Positions 52,709 through 61,786 of a stretch of DNA of 64,000 nt are shown piece after piece (positions within the stretch are counted from its first letter, which is position 1; every line of letters begins with the position of its first letter). The DNA is from Candidatus Krumholzibacteriota bacterium (GTDB taxonomy: Bacteria; Krumholzibacteriota; Krumholzibacteriia; JAJRXK01). Location of the stretch: assembly GCA_963727455.1 (NCBI GenBank), contig CAVSGG010000005.1, positions 288,001-352,000 of the forward strand, written 5' to 3'. The position numbers were made by a program, and so were the translations under genes. The notes under the pieces were generated by a model. That model had not been told where the DNA came from and searched no databases. It was given only the letters and a program-made list of their open reading frames with translations.

Positions 52709-53830
52709 TCAGAGCTCTCTCTGATAAATGCGGTAGATGCGGTAGGGTTCTCCCGCGAACTTCTTCAGAGGAACGATCATCGGTAAATTGTCTTCCAGAA
52801 CCCAGGAGCACTCGGCCCATTCGTAGCCCTTGGCCAGCCCCGCTCGTACCACGGCTTGAATGAGTACCCCGTCCAGACCCCTTCCGCGCATTTCGGGCAC
52901 GATGCCCAGAGTGACGACTCGGATCCCGTCGATCTTGCGCTTGTACCACAGAATCTTTAGCAGGCCGAACGGAAAGAGGCGGCCGTTGGCCTCCTTCAGG
53001 GCCACATTCAAATCGGGCAGCCCGAGGATGAAGCCGTGAGCTTCCCCGCTCTGGGCATCCTCCAAGAAAAAGACCACGTCGGGATCGATGCCGTAGCGCA
53101 GTTCGGAAGCGAAGTGGCGCACTTCGCCTTCGGTCATGGGAACGAATCCCCAGTTCTTTTCCCAGCAGCGGTTGTAGAGCGCGAGGATGCGGTCGACTTC
53201 ATTGGAGAAGTCTTTCATGTTGAGTTTGCGCAAACGGACTCCGTGTCGCTGCATGAGCTTGTCCGCCAACGCGAGGAGCCTGTCGAGCTCATTGCTCTTG
53301 CGCACCTTGAAGGCTAAGAGGTCCTTCGCCTTGCGGAGGCCGGCCGCTTCGTAACGCGCGGGATACCAGGCTGGATTGTAGCTCATCATGACGACCGGCG
53401 GACCGGGCTCTCCCTCCACCAAGAGCCCACAACTCTCGTTGGTGGAGAGTTCGAACGGTCCCATGGCGTGCGTGCGTCCCCTCTCCTTCAGCCAGGAAAA
53501 CGCCTCCGCGAAGAGCGCATTCGAGGCCTCGTCATCTTCGCGCAGTGCGTCGTGAAATCCGAAGAACCCCGCTTTGTCTCCGTGGAACTCGTTGTGAGCC
53601 CGATTGACGTGCGCCACCACTCGGCCCACCACCTCGCCGTTGCGCAGGGCAAGGAAGGGCTGCACCTCGGCGTGCTCATGGAAGGGATGCTGCCCAGGGG
53701 TGAGCAGCTTGCTCACATCTGCCTTGAGAGGAGGCACCCAGTTGGGGTCGCCCTGATAGATCTTCCATGGAAAGTCGATGAAACGCTTCAGATCGGCGCG
53801 ACCTTGCACCGGATGGATACTCAGGCTCAT
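52709..53830 (-). CDS. GNAT-fold N-acyltransferase, putative bacterial ceramide synthase
   Basis: FIDFPWKIY.GDPNWVPPL, GFFGF, STNESCGLLVEG, YNPAWY, NWGFVP, SWVLEDN; directly downstream of SPT. Confidence 0.75.
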   Translation of the reverse strand: MSLSIHPVQGRADLKRFIDFPWKIYQGDPNWVPPLKADVSKLLTPGQHPFHEHAEVQPFLALRNGEVVGRVVAHVNRAHNEFHGDKAGFFGFHDALREDDEASNALFAEAFSWLKERGRTHAMGPFELSTNESCGLLVEGEPGPPVVMMSYNPAWYPARYEAAGLRKAKDLLAFKVRKSNELDRLLALADKLMQRHGVRLRKLNMKDFSNEVDRILALYNRCWEKNWGFVPMTEGEVRHFASELRYGIDPDVVFFLEDAQSGEAHGFILGLPDLNVALKEANGRLFPFGLLKILWYKRKIDGIRVVTLGIVPEMRGRGLDGVLIQAVVRAGLAKGYEWAECSWVLEDNLPMIVPLKKFAGEPYRIYRIYQREL

Positions 53831-53851
53831 GAACGCTCTCCCTGCTGAAAC

Positions 53852-55081
53852 TCAGATGAGTCCCAGTTCCTTTCCGACCCGGCGGAAGATCTCGAGAGCG
53901 CGGTGAAGCTGATCGTCGGTGTGCGTTGCGATGTACGAGGTCCGCAGCAGCGCCTTGCCTTCGGGTACCGCGGGGGACACCACCGGGTTCGTGAAAACTC
54001 CACCGTCCAAAAGCGCCCTCCACAATTGGAAGGCCATCTGTGATTCACCGATGACGATGGGTATGATCGGTGTCTCGGTGCTTCCCACGTCCCAACCCAT
54101 TCCGGCCAACTCGTTCTTCATAAGATTCTGGATCTCCCACAGCCGAACGCGCCGCTCGGGCTCGGTCCGGATGATCTCCAGGCTCTTCAAAACGGTGGCT
54201 ACCGCATAGGGGGGCATGGCGGCTGAGAAGATCATGGGTCGCGCGTTGTGGCGCAGGAAATCGATGACCGAGCTGTCTCCGGCCATGAATCCGCCGATCG
54301 AGGCGAAGGACTTGGAGAAGGTTCCCATGATGAGATCCGTTTCCCCGGCCAGTCCGAAGTGGTCGGTGACCCCGGCTCCTTTGGGACCGACGACTCCCAG
54401 CGAATGGGCTTCGTCGACCAGGACGCGCGCCCCGGCGGCATGCGCCAGATTGAGAACATCGGGTAAGGGTGTCAGGTCACCGTCCATCGAGAAGACCCCG
54501 TCGACCGCGATGAGCACGCCGCGGGTGGTGGGGATCCTCTCGAGTTGGTCCGCCAGATCGCGCATGTCGTTATGGCGAAAACGCGCGACCTGTCCGGGGG
54601 ACATGATGGCGCCGTCGACGATGCACGCGTGATCCAGCTTGTCGATGAGGGCAGTGTCGTCCCGACCCACCAGAGCCGCTATGCAGCCCAAGTTGGTTTG
54701 GTATCCGGTGGAGAAGACGAGGGTCTCCTCCTTGCCCACGAAATCCGCCAGCTCGGCTTCCAGTTTCAAGTGCAAGTCGAGGGTGCCATTCAAGAAGCGG
54801 CTTCCCGTGCAGCCTGCCCCGTAGGAGCGGGAAGCGGCCTCACCCGCCTCGAGCACGCGGGGATCATGGGTGAGCCCCAGGTAATTGTTCGAGCCCAGCA
54901 TGACCACCGGCTTGCCAGCGATCGTAACCTCGGTCCCTTCGCTTCCCTCGATCGGGATGAAATAGGGATACAGCCCAGTGGCGCGAGTTTCGCGGGCTCG
55001 GGTGTAGGAGGCGGCCTTCTGAAAGACATCCTCGCGCTCTTGGGTATTGGTTTTCCGACTGGTCTGTGGATTTGGATTCAT
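53852..55081 (-). CDS. spt: Serine palmitoyltransferase (alpha-oxoamine synthase family)
   Basis: GLYPYF, LGSNNYLGLT, GSRFLNGT, DEAHS, GTFSKS(FASIGG), HNARPMIFSA. Confidence 0.8.
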   Translation of the reverse strand: MNPNPQTSRKTNTQEREDVFQKAASYTRARETRATGLYPYFIPIEGSEGTEVTIAGKPVVMLGSNNYLGLTHDPRVLEAGEAASRSYGAGCTGSRFLNGTLDLHLKLEAELADFVGKEETLVFSTGYQTNLGCIAALVGRDDTALIDKLDHACIVDGAIMSPGQVARFRHNDMRDLADQLERIPTTRGVLIAVDGVFSMDGDLTPLPDVLNLAHAAGARVLVDEAHSLGVVGPKGAGVTDHFGLAGETDLIMGTFSKSFASIGGFMAGDSSVIDFLRHNARPMIFSAAMPPYAVATVLKSLEIIRTEPERRVRLWEIQNLMKNELAGMGWDVGSTETPIIPIVIGESQMAFQLWRALLDGGVFTNPVVSPAVPEGKALLRTSYIATHTDDQLHRALEIFRRVGKELGLI

Positions 55082-55087
55082 CGATTT

Positions 55088-55300
55088 TCAGACATCCAGG
55101 AGAAAGAGATCCTCGGTGTCGCCGCCGGATGCCGAACCGGCTTCCTTGGTGTGCGGCGCGCGCGGGGCAAAAAACAATAGCGCTAAGATGGCACTCAGCA
55201 ACAGTCCAGCAAGAAGGACGGGAAACGACCTGAACTTCGCAGCCGCCCGCGGATTCTCGCCAAGATAAGTCCATGCATGCGCTTCCCGCGGATTCAACAC
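55088..55300 (-). CDS. Possible small single-TM protein upstream of spt
   Basis: Frame encodes FPVLLAGLLLSAILALLFF and stops 6 nt before the spt ATG; GTG start and RBS are uncertain. Confidence 0.25.
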   Translation of the reverse strand: MLNPREAHAWTYLGENPRAAAKFRSFPVLLAGLLLSAILALLFFAPRAPHTKEAGSASGGDTEDLFLLDV

Positions 55301-55654
55301 GATTTTGCCCGGCAATGCCAAGAAAGAACTGCCCGAATCCGGTCCCAGCAGCCCCCCATCCGGCGCGCTTTGGGCGAGAAATTGCCCCCTTCCACGGCAG
55401 AAAGTGGGTGGATTTGGGCCCCTGGACCGCTCCGCAAGCCCCAAACCCTGTGCTCCGGTGCAGGCTCGATCCGTGGAAATTTTCTTCAATCCAGCGCACT
55501 CGGCCCTCCTTGCGGAGCGAAGGCAAAGAACTCCCTCCCCGCGAGCGCTCAGGCCAAACCCCAACTCCCGGGAGAACCCGAGCGTTGCCATCCGGGCCTG
55601 GTCGAGGCATTCTGCGAGCTGTCTCTCGCGGAGGCGCCGGGAGCGCTTTGGAAT

Positions 55655-56770
55655 ATGCGAATCCTCGAGCTGGGAAAATTCTACCCCCCGGTGCGTGGCG
55701 GGATGGAGAGCACCCTCGAGCAGATCTGCCTCGGGTTGCGCCGGCGTGGGCACCGGGTCCTGGCCCTGGTGTCCGCCGACGAGCGGCGAGCGAGCGCGAG
55801 CTACCGCAAGGGAGTGGCGGTTTGGCGTCTGGGACGCTGCGGACAGATCGCCAGCAGCCCGGTGAACCCTGGCTTGGCGCGCGCGCTGCGGCGTGCTCGC
55901 TCGCAATTTCGCCCGGAACTTGTGCACCTCCATCTGCCCAACCCTGCGGTGGCGGTGGGCTGGCTGCTCTTCGGCGACCCCGAGCTGCCTCTGGTCGTCA
56001 GTTACCACAGTGACATCATTCGGCAGCGCCGTCTGGCCTCGCTACTGGAGCCTTTGCGCCAACGGGTTCTCACCCGCGCGAGGAGAATCGTGGTGAGCAG
56101 CGAAGATCTGAAGCGCTCGAGCAGAAGCCTGGCGGCACATCGGGAGCGCTGTATCGTCATCCCATGGGGCATTGACGTGGAGACGATTCTCCCCGGTGGG
56201 GCCCCGAGTCGGGAGAGTCTCCCCTTTCCTCGCTATTTTCTCTTCGTCGGCCGAATGGTGTATTACAAAGGTTTGGACGTCTTGTTGGCCGCTCTGAAGG
56301 GTGAGAACATGTCCCTGGTCGTGGTCGGAGAAGGACCTCTGCGGGCGCGCTGGGAAAAACAAACGCGCAGATACGAGCTCGGCGATCGTGTGTACTTCGC
56401 GGGCGACGTCTCCCCCCAAGCGCTGGACAAGCTCTATCGCGGTTGCGTAGCCCAAGTCTTGCCCAGTACCGCGCCGAGTGAGACTTTCGGATTGGTGCAA
56501 CTGGAAGCCATGGCGCGTGGCCGGCCCGTCGTGGCGGCAAGGGCGTCGGGTGGTGTGGCCTCCGTGCAGGAGGATGGAATCACCGGACTGCTAGTACCCC
56601 CGGCTGAGGTCGATTCCCTGCGGAGTGCACTCAAGACCCTGTGGGACGATCCGCGCCGTGCCGAGAGCATGGGACAGGCGGCGCGCAAAAGGGTGGTCGC
56701 GCATTTCGACCAGGGGCAGCGGATGAGGCAGCTGGCCAGAGTTCTCGAGGGGCTCGTCGCGAATGAGTGA
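55655..56770 (+). CDS. GT4-family glycosyltransferase
   Basis: MRILELGKFYPP..GGME, HLHLPNP, FVGRMVYYKG, ETFGLVQLEAMA. Confidence 0.92.
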   Translation: MRILELGKFYPPVRGGMESTLEQICLGLRRRGHRVLALVSADERRASASYRKGVAVWRLGRCGQIASSPVNPGLARALRRARSQFRPELVHLHLPNPAVAVGWLLFGDPELPLVVSYHSDIIRQRRLASLLEPLRQRVLTRARRIVVSSEDLKRSSRSLAAHRERCIVIPWGIDVETILPGGAPSRESLPFPRYFLFVGRMVYYKGLDVLLAALKGENMSLVVVGEGPLRARWEKQTRRYELGDRVYFAGDVSPQALDKLYRGCVAQVLPSTAPSETFGLVQLEAMARGRPVVAARASGGVASVQEDGITGLLVPPAEVDSLRSALKTLWDDPRRAESMGQAARKRVVAHFDQGQRMRQLARVLEGLVANE

Positions 56771-57602
56771 ACAGGATCAGGTGCGCTTTCTCACCCCCTG
56801 GACCCTTCTCTTGCCCGAGGGAAGGGGCAGCGTTCTCGCTGTGGTCGGCAGCGGGGGCAAGAGCGCACTTCTGCAGCGTCTCTACCGGCACTATCGAGCC
56901 GAGGGTTACCGCGTCTTGTGGACCCAGACGGTGGATCATCCTCCTCCTCCGCAGATACCTGCCTACAGCATCGCGACGTCCTTCGAGCTGCTACAACGCG
57001 AATTTCAGCATCACGCCGCGCTGTTCGTGGCTGGAGAGCGTGAGGAGGAGGGCAGGGCCAGCGGCCTGTCCGCGCGTGAGATCGAAGTGCTGCGCCACCG
57101 GCTCGTGCCGGATGTCGTTCTCGTCGAAGCCCAAGCGCAGAGTGGCAGGCCTCTCCTGGAGCAAGGGGCAGCGCCCATCTGGCCGCAACCGCTCCACCTG
57201 ATCTTCGCGCTCGCCGGTTTGCACGCGGTGGGAAGATTGAAGAGCTCTCCAGAAAAAGTTTCTGCCGGAGAAGACCCACCGCGTTTCACCAGCGAGGATG
57301 TACTCCATCAGTTCACTGCCGCCGGAGGGCTTCTCGAGCAGATTCCCCACGGGGTCCCCTCTTTTCCCTTCCTTGCCGGACTGGGGAGCTTTCGCGATCT
57401 CGACGGCATGTTTGAGCTGGTGGCGAAACTGTGGGAAATTCCTGGAGTCAAAGCGGTGCTTCTCGGGGAACTCACCGGACATGCGCGTATCGACGCCGCC
57501 GAAGAAGCTGCGGCTGCCCAGCTCGGAGGAGGAGCACCTCATCTTGCCGGTGAACGGATCTACGCGCTCTATCCCTCACACTTGGACGACGCGGAAGGGT
57601 AG
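56763..57602 (+). CDS. Divergent YqeC-like P-loop protein
   Basis: LAVVGSGGKS, D.VLVEA; resembles the selenium/molybdenum-hydroxylase accessory protein YqeC. Confidence 0.5.
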   Translation: MSEQDQVRFLTPWTLLLPEGRGSVLAVVGSGGKSALLQRLYRHYRAEGYRVLWTQTVDHPPPPQIPAYSIATSFELLQREFQHHAALFVAGEREEEGRASGLSAREIEVLRHRLVPDVVLVEAQAQSGRPLLEQGAAPIWPQPLHLIFALAGLHAVGRLKSSPEKVSAGEDPPRFTSEDVLHQFTAAGGLLEQIPHGVPSFPFLAGLGSFRDLDGMFELVAKLWEIPGVKAVLLGELTGHARIDAAEEAAAAQLGGGAPHLAGERIYALYPSHLDDAEG

Positions 57603-57606
57603 GCGG

Positions 57607-57635
57607 TTGTCCCCTCGTCTCCTGGACTCTATACT
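57607..57635 (+). promoter_or_regulatory. Putative sigma70 promoter of the exonuclease-WYL gene
   Basis: TTGTCC-17 nt-TATACT. Confidence 0.6.
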
Positions 57636-57729
57636 GACGCGCATCGAGGCCAAGCCGAGCGACCATCTCGCGCATGCCATCTTCAAAATCGCCCCCCTTA
57701 TGAAGGAACTCTCCGAGAAGGAGCTTTGC

Positions 57730-58581
57730 GTGTCACACATCGAAATCAACGATCCGCTGCGAGATCTCGATTTCGTCGCATTCGATACGGAAACCACCGG
57801 TCTCTCCGCGGCGATGGAGCGCGTGGTGGAACTTTCCGCGGTGCGGTTTCGATTCAACGGTGAGGAGCTCGGAACCTTCGACGAGTTGATCGATCCCAAG
57901 CGTTCGATTCCCGAGGATGCGGCGCGGATTCACGGGATCAGTGACGCCATGGTGAAGGGCAAGCCGCTCATAAACGAAGTGCTGCCCCGCTTCCTCGAGT
58001 TTTGCGAGGGCGCGGTCCTCTTGGCGCACAACGCGGAGTTCGATCTCGGTTTCTTGGTGCACGAAGCTTCCCGTTCTGCAATCACTCTGCCGACGCCGCC
58101 GGTGCTGGACACGGTGGAGATTTCGCGTCGCCTGCGACCCGATCTGCCCAATCACAAACTGGAGACGATCGCGCGCGCCCTGGGTTGTGAGCCGACCACC
58201 TACCATCGAGCGCTGGCTGACGCGGAAACTCTCAAATCGAGTTTTCTCAAATTGCTCGAGGAAAAGCACCAGCAGAGCAAGCTCGGAGAACTTCTCAAGG
58301 ACACCGGGAGTGCGTTGACCTACGGCTGGCCAGATCGTACGCGGGCGTGGCTGCCCCCTCGACTGCGCGCCATCGACGATGCCATGATCGCCGGGAGTAA
58401 AGTCACCATCGTCTACCAGCCGGAGGGCCAGCGGGAGGAGGCGCGAGAGATCGTGCCAAGGGCGTATTTGCGGCGCCCGGGAGTCACTTTGCTGCTCGGT
58501 CGTCTGGATGGGGGAGTGGAGCGGAATTACCGCCTCGCGTGGATCACGCGCGCGCACATGGCGCAGGCCACCCTATTCTGA
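57730..58581 (+). CDS. DnaQ-like DEDDh 3'-5' exonuclease with C-terminal WYL-like domain
   Basis: FDTETTG, AHNAEFD, HRALADA; C-terminal AIDDAM...VTIVY...REIVP...RNYRLAWI; AAGGAG SD before GTG 57730. Confidence 0.85.
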   Translation: MSHIEINDPLRDLDFVAFDTETTGLSAAMERVVELSAVRFRFNGEELGTFDELIDPKRSIPEDAARIHGISDAMVKGKPLINEVLPRFLEFCEGAVLLAHNAEFDLGFLVHEASRSAITLPTPPVLDTVEISRRLRPDLPNHKLETIARALGCEPTTYHRALADAETLKSSFLKLLEEKHQQSKLGELLKDTGSALTYGWPDRTRAWLPPRLRAIDDAMIAGSKVTIVYQPEGQREEAREIVPRAYLRRPGVTLLLGRLDGGVERNYRLAWITRAHMAQATLF

Positions 58582-58670
58582 GAGATCCAACTACGCTCGC
58601 GGGCGCCCGATGGGAACCGCCGGCGCTGGGCGCAATATAAAGCACAGACCGGTGGCAGGAGCCTCCAAGA

Positions 58671-58700
58671 TTGACAGGTGGGTGATCTCACTCTTATCTT
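58671..58700 (+). promoter_or_regulatory. Putative sigma70 promoter of the TPR gene
   Basis: TTGACA-18 nt-TATCTT. Confidence 0.45.
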
Positions 58701-58775
58701 GCCGCGATTCAAAGCTCACGAGAAACGGTCAATTTGGCTCGAAATTCCACCTTTTGTTCTGGAGGTTCGTGAACC

Positions 58776-59915
58776 GTGAAGTCTCTCGCAATCAGCGTCC
58801 GGGCCGGCGTTTTCTTCTTTCTGCTCATGCTCATGAGTGCCGGACCCGTTCTCGCCGAATGCTCTCCGAGTGAGATGGCAGCCGCTCGGCAGTCCTACGA
58901 TACCGCCTATGCTTTCGTGCAACAGGGCAAGTGGAATACGGCCATCAAGAGTCTGGAGAAAGCTCAGGAACAGTGTCCGCAGCACTGGCAGAGCAAGGAA
59001 CTCCTGGCACAGGCTTATCTTCGGACCAAGGACTACGAAAAGTCCGTGGCCGAATACAAGGACCTCATCCAAGGTCGCTACCACGGGAGCGTGGACAGTA
59101 CGGAGACTCGAGTGCTTTCCGGATACGGATTCGCGCTCTTGAAGGCCCACAACGCCAAGGATGCCGAGGCCGTCTATCTCGCCATCGTCAAGAAGAGCCC
59201 TGAGAAGGAAGATCCACTCAAGCGATTGGTCTACGTGTACGAGGCCACCAAACGCTACGACAAGGCCATCGAGTACGAGAAGAAGCTCTATACGATGAAC
59301 CCCGACGAGCACGAGTACACCAAGAAGATTGGTGATCTCTACCTCAAGAAGGGTGACGAGGCGAAAGCGCAGGAGTGGTATTCCAAAGCCGCCGCCGAGG
59401 GGATCGCAACGCGCGGCTCCTACGACATCGGCGTCGACCACATGAAGGCCGGGCGTTTCGCCCAGGCCGCGAAGGCCTTCGAGGATTACGTGGCGGGAAA
59501 GCCCAAGAGCGCGTCAGGCTTCCAAAACTTGGGCTACTGCTACACCAAGCTGGGGAAGAATGAAAAGGCGATCCAGGCCTACCAGACGGCCCTGTCCATC
59601 GAAGGAGATCGACACAGCGTCGCTTCGAGTCTCGGATTTCTCTACCTGGACAACAAGCAGATCGACGAGGCCGAGAAGATCGCCAAGAACGCCATCGATA
59701 GTTGGCCTTCAGACGATCCCAAGAAGCCCGGCATGTACTACTTGATGGGACAGATCCTGGAGAAGAAAGGCGAGTACCGCTCGGCCATCGACAGTTTCAG
59801 CCAGGTTCTCGATGATCCCCAGTGGGGCGATCGAGCTGCCAAGCAAGTGGAACGTCAACGCCAGCTCATCGCGCGCCAGAAGGCGCTGGAAGAGCAGAAG
59901 AAACAGCGCGGCTGA
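58776..59915 (+). CDS. Exported tetratricopeptide-repeat protein
   Basis: Signal peptide (GPVLA-E) followed by repeated TPR helices. Confidence 0.85.
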   Translation: MKSLAISVRAGVFFFLLMLMSAGPVLAECSPSEMAAARQSYDTAYAFVQQGKWNTAIKSLEKAQEQCPQHWQSKELLAQAYLRTKDYEKSVAEYKDLIQGRYHGSVDSTETRVLSGYGFALLKAHNAKDAEAVYLAIVKKSPEKEDPLKRLVYVYEATKRYDKAIEYEKKLYTMNPDEHEYTKKIGDLYLKKGDEAKAQEWYSKAAAEGIATRGSYDIGVDHMKAGRFAQAAKAFEDYVAGKPKSASGFQNLGYCYTKLGKNEKAIQAYQTALSIEGDRHSVASSLGFLYLDNKQIDEAEKIAKNAIDSWPSDDPKKPGMYYLMGQILEKKGEYRSAIDSFSQVLDDPQWGDRAAKQVERQRQLIARQKALEEQKKQRG

Positions 59916-59920
59916 GAAAC

Positions 59921-61063
59921 TCAGCGCTTGTTCCGTCGCTGCGGAGGCGGCGCGATCCAGTCCTTGGTCTTCATGATCTCCACCATGTAGGCCTTGTCCT
60001 CTGGCCGGGGTTGGGTGTCGAGCAGATGCTGCCGGTACTCGTCCTCGGTCAGACGGGCGCCATCCACACTCCAGTATTCTCCCGCGTGATCGCCGATCCG
60101 CCGACAGTAGCGCAGATCGGGGAGCGTGAACTCCTGCCAGTCCTCCGGCTTCACCTTGTTGAGGGTGGCTACGACCTTTTGCACCTCGGCGAGGTACTTG
60201 GAGCGCGCATTTTCATTGAGATGCTCCTTGTCCAGCGCTTCCTCGTCACGAGACTTGCGCTCGTCGTAGCGTCCCTTGATCCCCCACACGTAACCCCACT
60301 GCGCACTTGAACTGTGATCGGTCCCGAAGAGATCGAAGGCGGTGGAGAGCCACTTGTTCAGGTAGCGCTGGATGATGTGCTGCGGCACCACTCCGGCCTG
60401 GACTACGCGCCGCAAGCCCGCGTTCCCCGTGCCCAGATGGAACGCCTCTTCCTTCAGCATGGGACCCATGCTGCGCGCGAGGGGGGAGAAGGAGGAAGTG
60501 GAGAGCATGTTGAGCTGGAACTTGCCATCGCGGTCCACGAAATTCGTGTAGACGAAGAAGTCGAGCCAGTTATCGACATCCTCATTGAAGGAACCCAAGA
60601 GGCGTTCACGATTCCAGGCCCTGCGTTCCAGCAGCTTGACTGCTTCGCGTTTGCCCTGTTCGCCGAAGTGCGAGACCAGAACGTGGCACATCTGCCAGCC
60701 GTGGCGCATCTCCTCGGCGTTGATACGGACCAGACTGTAGAGGTCGTAGTCACTCGGGGCGGTATCGACCAGATTCTTCTGTTGCTCCACGGAGGCGAAT
60801 TCGGTGTCCCCCTGGTAGACGATCAGGGTGAGCAAGGCGTCCCGGATCCGCTGATCGGGGATCTCGATGACGCGCTCCCAGCGGGGACGGCCCGCGAAGT
60901 CTCCGTATTCGATCTCCGACCCGGGCAGTTCCCCGTACTTGGCAGAAAAATCGAACTCGTGCAGGTCCATCAAGGACTCGTCGTATCCGATGTCTTTGCG
61001 CCAGGAGTGGAAGAGATCGATCCATTCGTCGAAGGTGGAGACAGTCTTGGCGTGGAGAACCAT
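59921..61063 (-). CDS. BoxB/PaaA-like ferritin-fold di-iron acyl-CoA ring epoxidase subunit
   Basis: QGDTEFASVEQQ, EEMRH, DRDGKFQL, EEAFH; AAGGA SD before ATG 61063. Confidence 0.82.
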   Translation of the reverse strand: MVLHAKTVSTFDEWIDLFHSWRKDIGYDESLMDLHEFDFSAKYGELPGSEIEYGDFAGRPRWERVIEIPDQRIRDALLTLIVYQGDTEFASVEQQKNLVDTAPSDYDLYSLVRINAEEMRHGWQMCHVLVSHFGEQGKREAVKLLERRAWNRERLLGSFNEDVDNWLDFFVYTNFVDRDGKFQLNMLSTSSFSPLARSMGPMLKEEAFHLGTGNAGLRRVVQAGVVPQHIIQRYLNKWLSTAFDLFGTDHSSSAQWGYVWGIKGRYDERKSRDEEALDKEHLNENARSKYLAEVQKVVATLNKVKPEDWQEFTLPDLRYCRRIGDHAGEYWSVDGARLTEDEYRQHLLDTQPRPEDKAYMVEIMKTKDWIAPPPQRRNKR

Positions 61064-61106
61064 GAATGTGTCCTTTGGGCTGAGGAAGTCGGCAAGGGGG
61101 CAAAAC

Positions 61107-61120
61107 CGAACAAGTGTTCG
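61107..61120. promoter_or_regulatory. Palindromic operator CGAAC-AAGT-GTTCG (Cheo/LexA-box-like)
   Basis: Exact match to CGAACRNRYGTTCG, downstream of a minus-strand TTGCTG-17-TATCCT promoter (61159-61131). Confidence 0.6.
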
Positions 61121-61267
61121 AACTTTTTCCAGGATAGCGACGGCCGGCTCCAGCAGCAAGTCCGAGGGGCATGCTGCGACTTGGAAAAGTCCCGTGCGGT
61201 TGTTAGGGTATGGCCCGTGGTGAGCGAAGATGCACCCCCACTGGGGCTCGTGCCCGGAGAGTGATCG

Positions 61268-61786
61268 ATGAGCCTCGCGTACGTGGCCTTGGGGAGCAAC
61301 CAGGGAGCAAGACGGCACGAACTCGCGCGGGCCGTTCAGGGCCTGCAGCGACTGCCGAAGACCCAGCTCCAGGGGGTCAGCCGCCTCTACGAGACTGCCT
61401 ATCAGGGTGCCGGAACCCAGCGCCCCTATCTCAACGCATGCCTCGTTCTCGAGACCTCGCTCTCGCCTCAGCGGCTCCTTCAGGCCGGACAGGAAATGGA
61501 GCGACGGGCCGGACGTGAGCGCGACGGCCATATGAAGCCCAGGCCCCTGGACGTGGACCTTCTCCTGGTCGACGATCTGCGTCTCGACGAGGCGCATCTC
61601 CGCCTGCCTCATCCGCGCATGCACGAACGGCGATTCGTCCTCCAACCCCTGGCCGATCTCGATCCCGAGCTGGAGCTTCCCGGGCAGGAGCTGCGGGTAG
61701 GGCAGCTTCTTCAGGAGCCGCGCATCCGCAGGCAGGAACTGAGGGAGGCCGCACGCGGCCGCTGGTGGGAGGTGAAGGAAGAGTGA
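61268..61786 (+). CDS. folK: 2-amino-4-hydroxy-6-hydroxymethyldihydropteridine diphosphokinase
   Basis: AYVALGSN, YLNA, PRPLDVDLL, LPHPRMHERRFVL. Confidence 0.95.
   Translation: MSLAYVALGSNQGARRHELARAVQGLQRLPKTQLQGVSRLYETAYQGAGTQRPYLNACLVLETSLSPQRLLQAGQEMERRAGRERDGHMKPRPLDVDLLLVDDLRLDEAHLRLPHPRMHERRFVLQPLADLDPELELPGQELRVGQLLQEPRIRRQELREAARGRWWEVKEE

Noticed and set aside
53852-55081. Annotation as BioF or Kbl
   Set aside because: GSRFLNGT and YPYF motifs and the GNAT/reductase context fit SPT better; no bio or tdh genes are adjacent. Not formally excluded.
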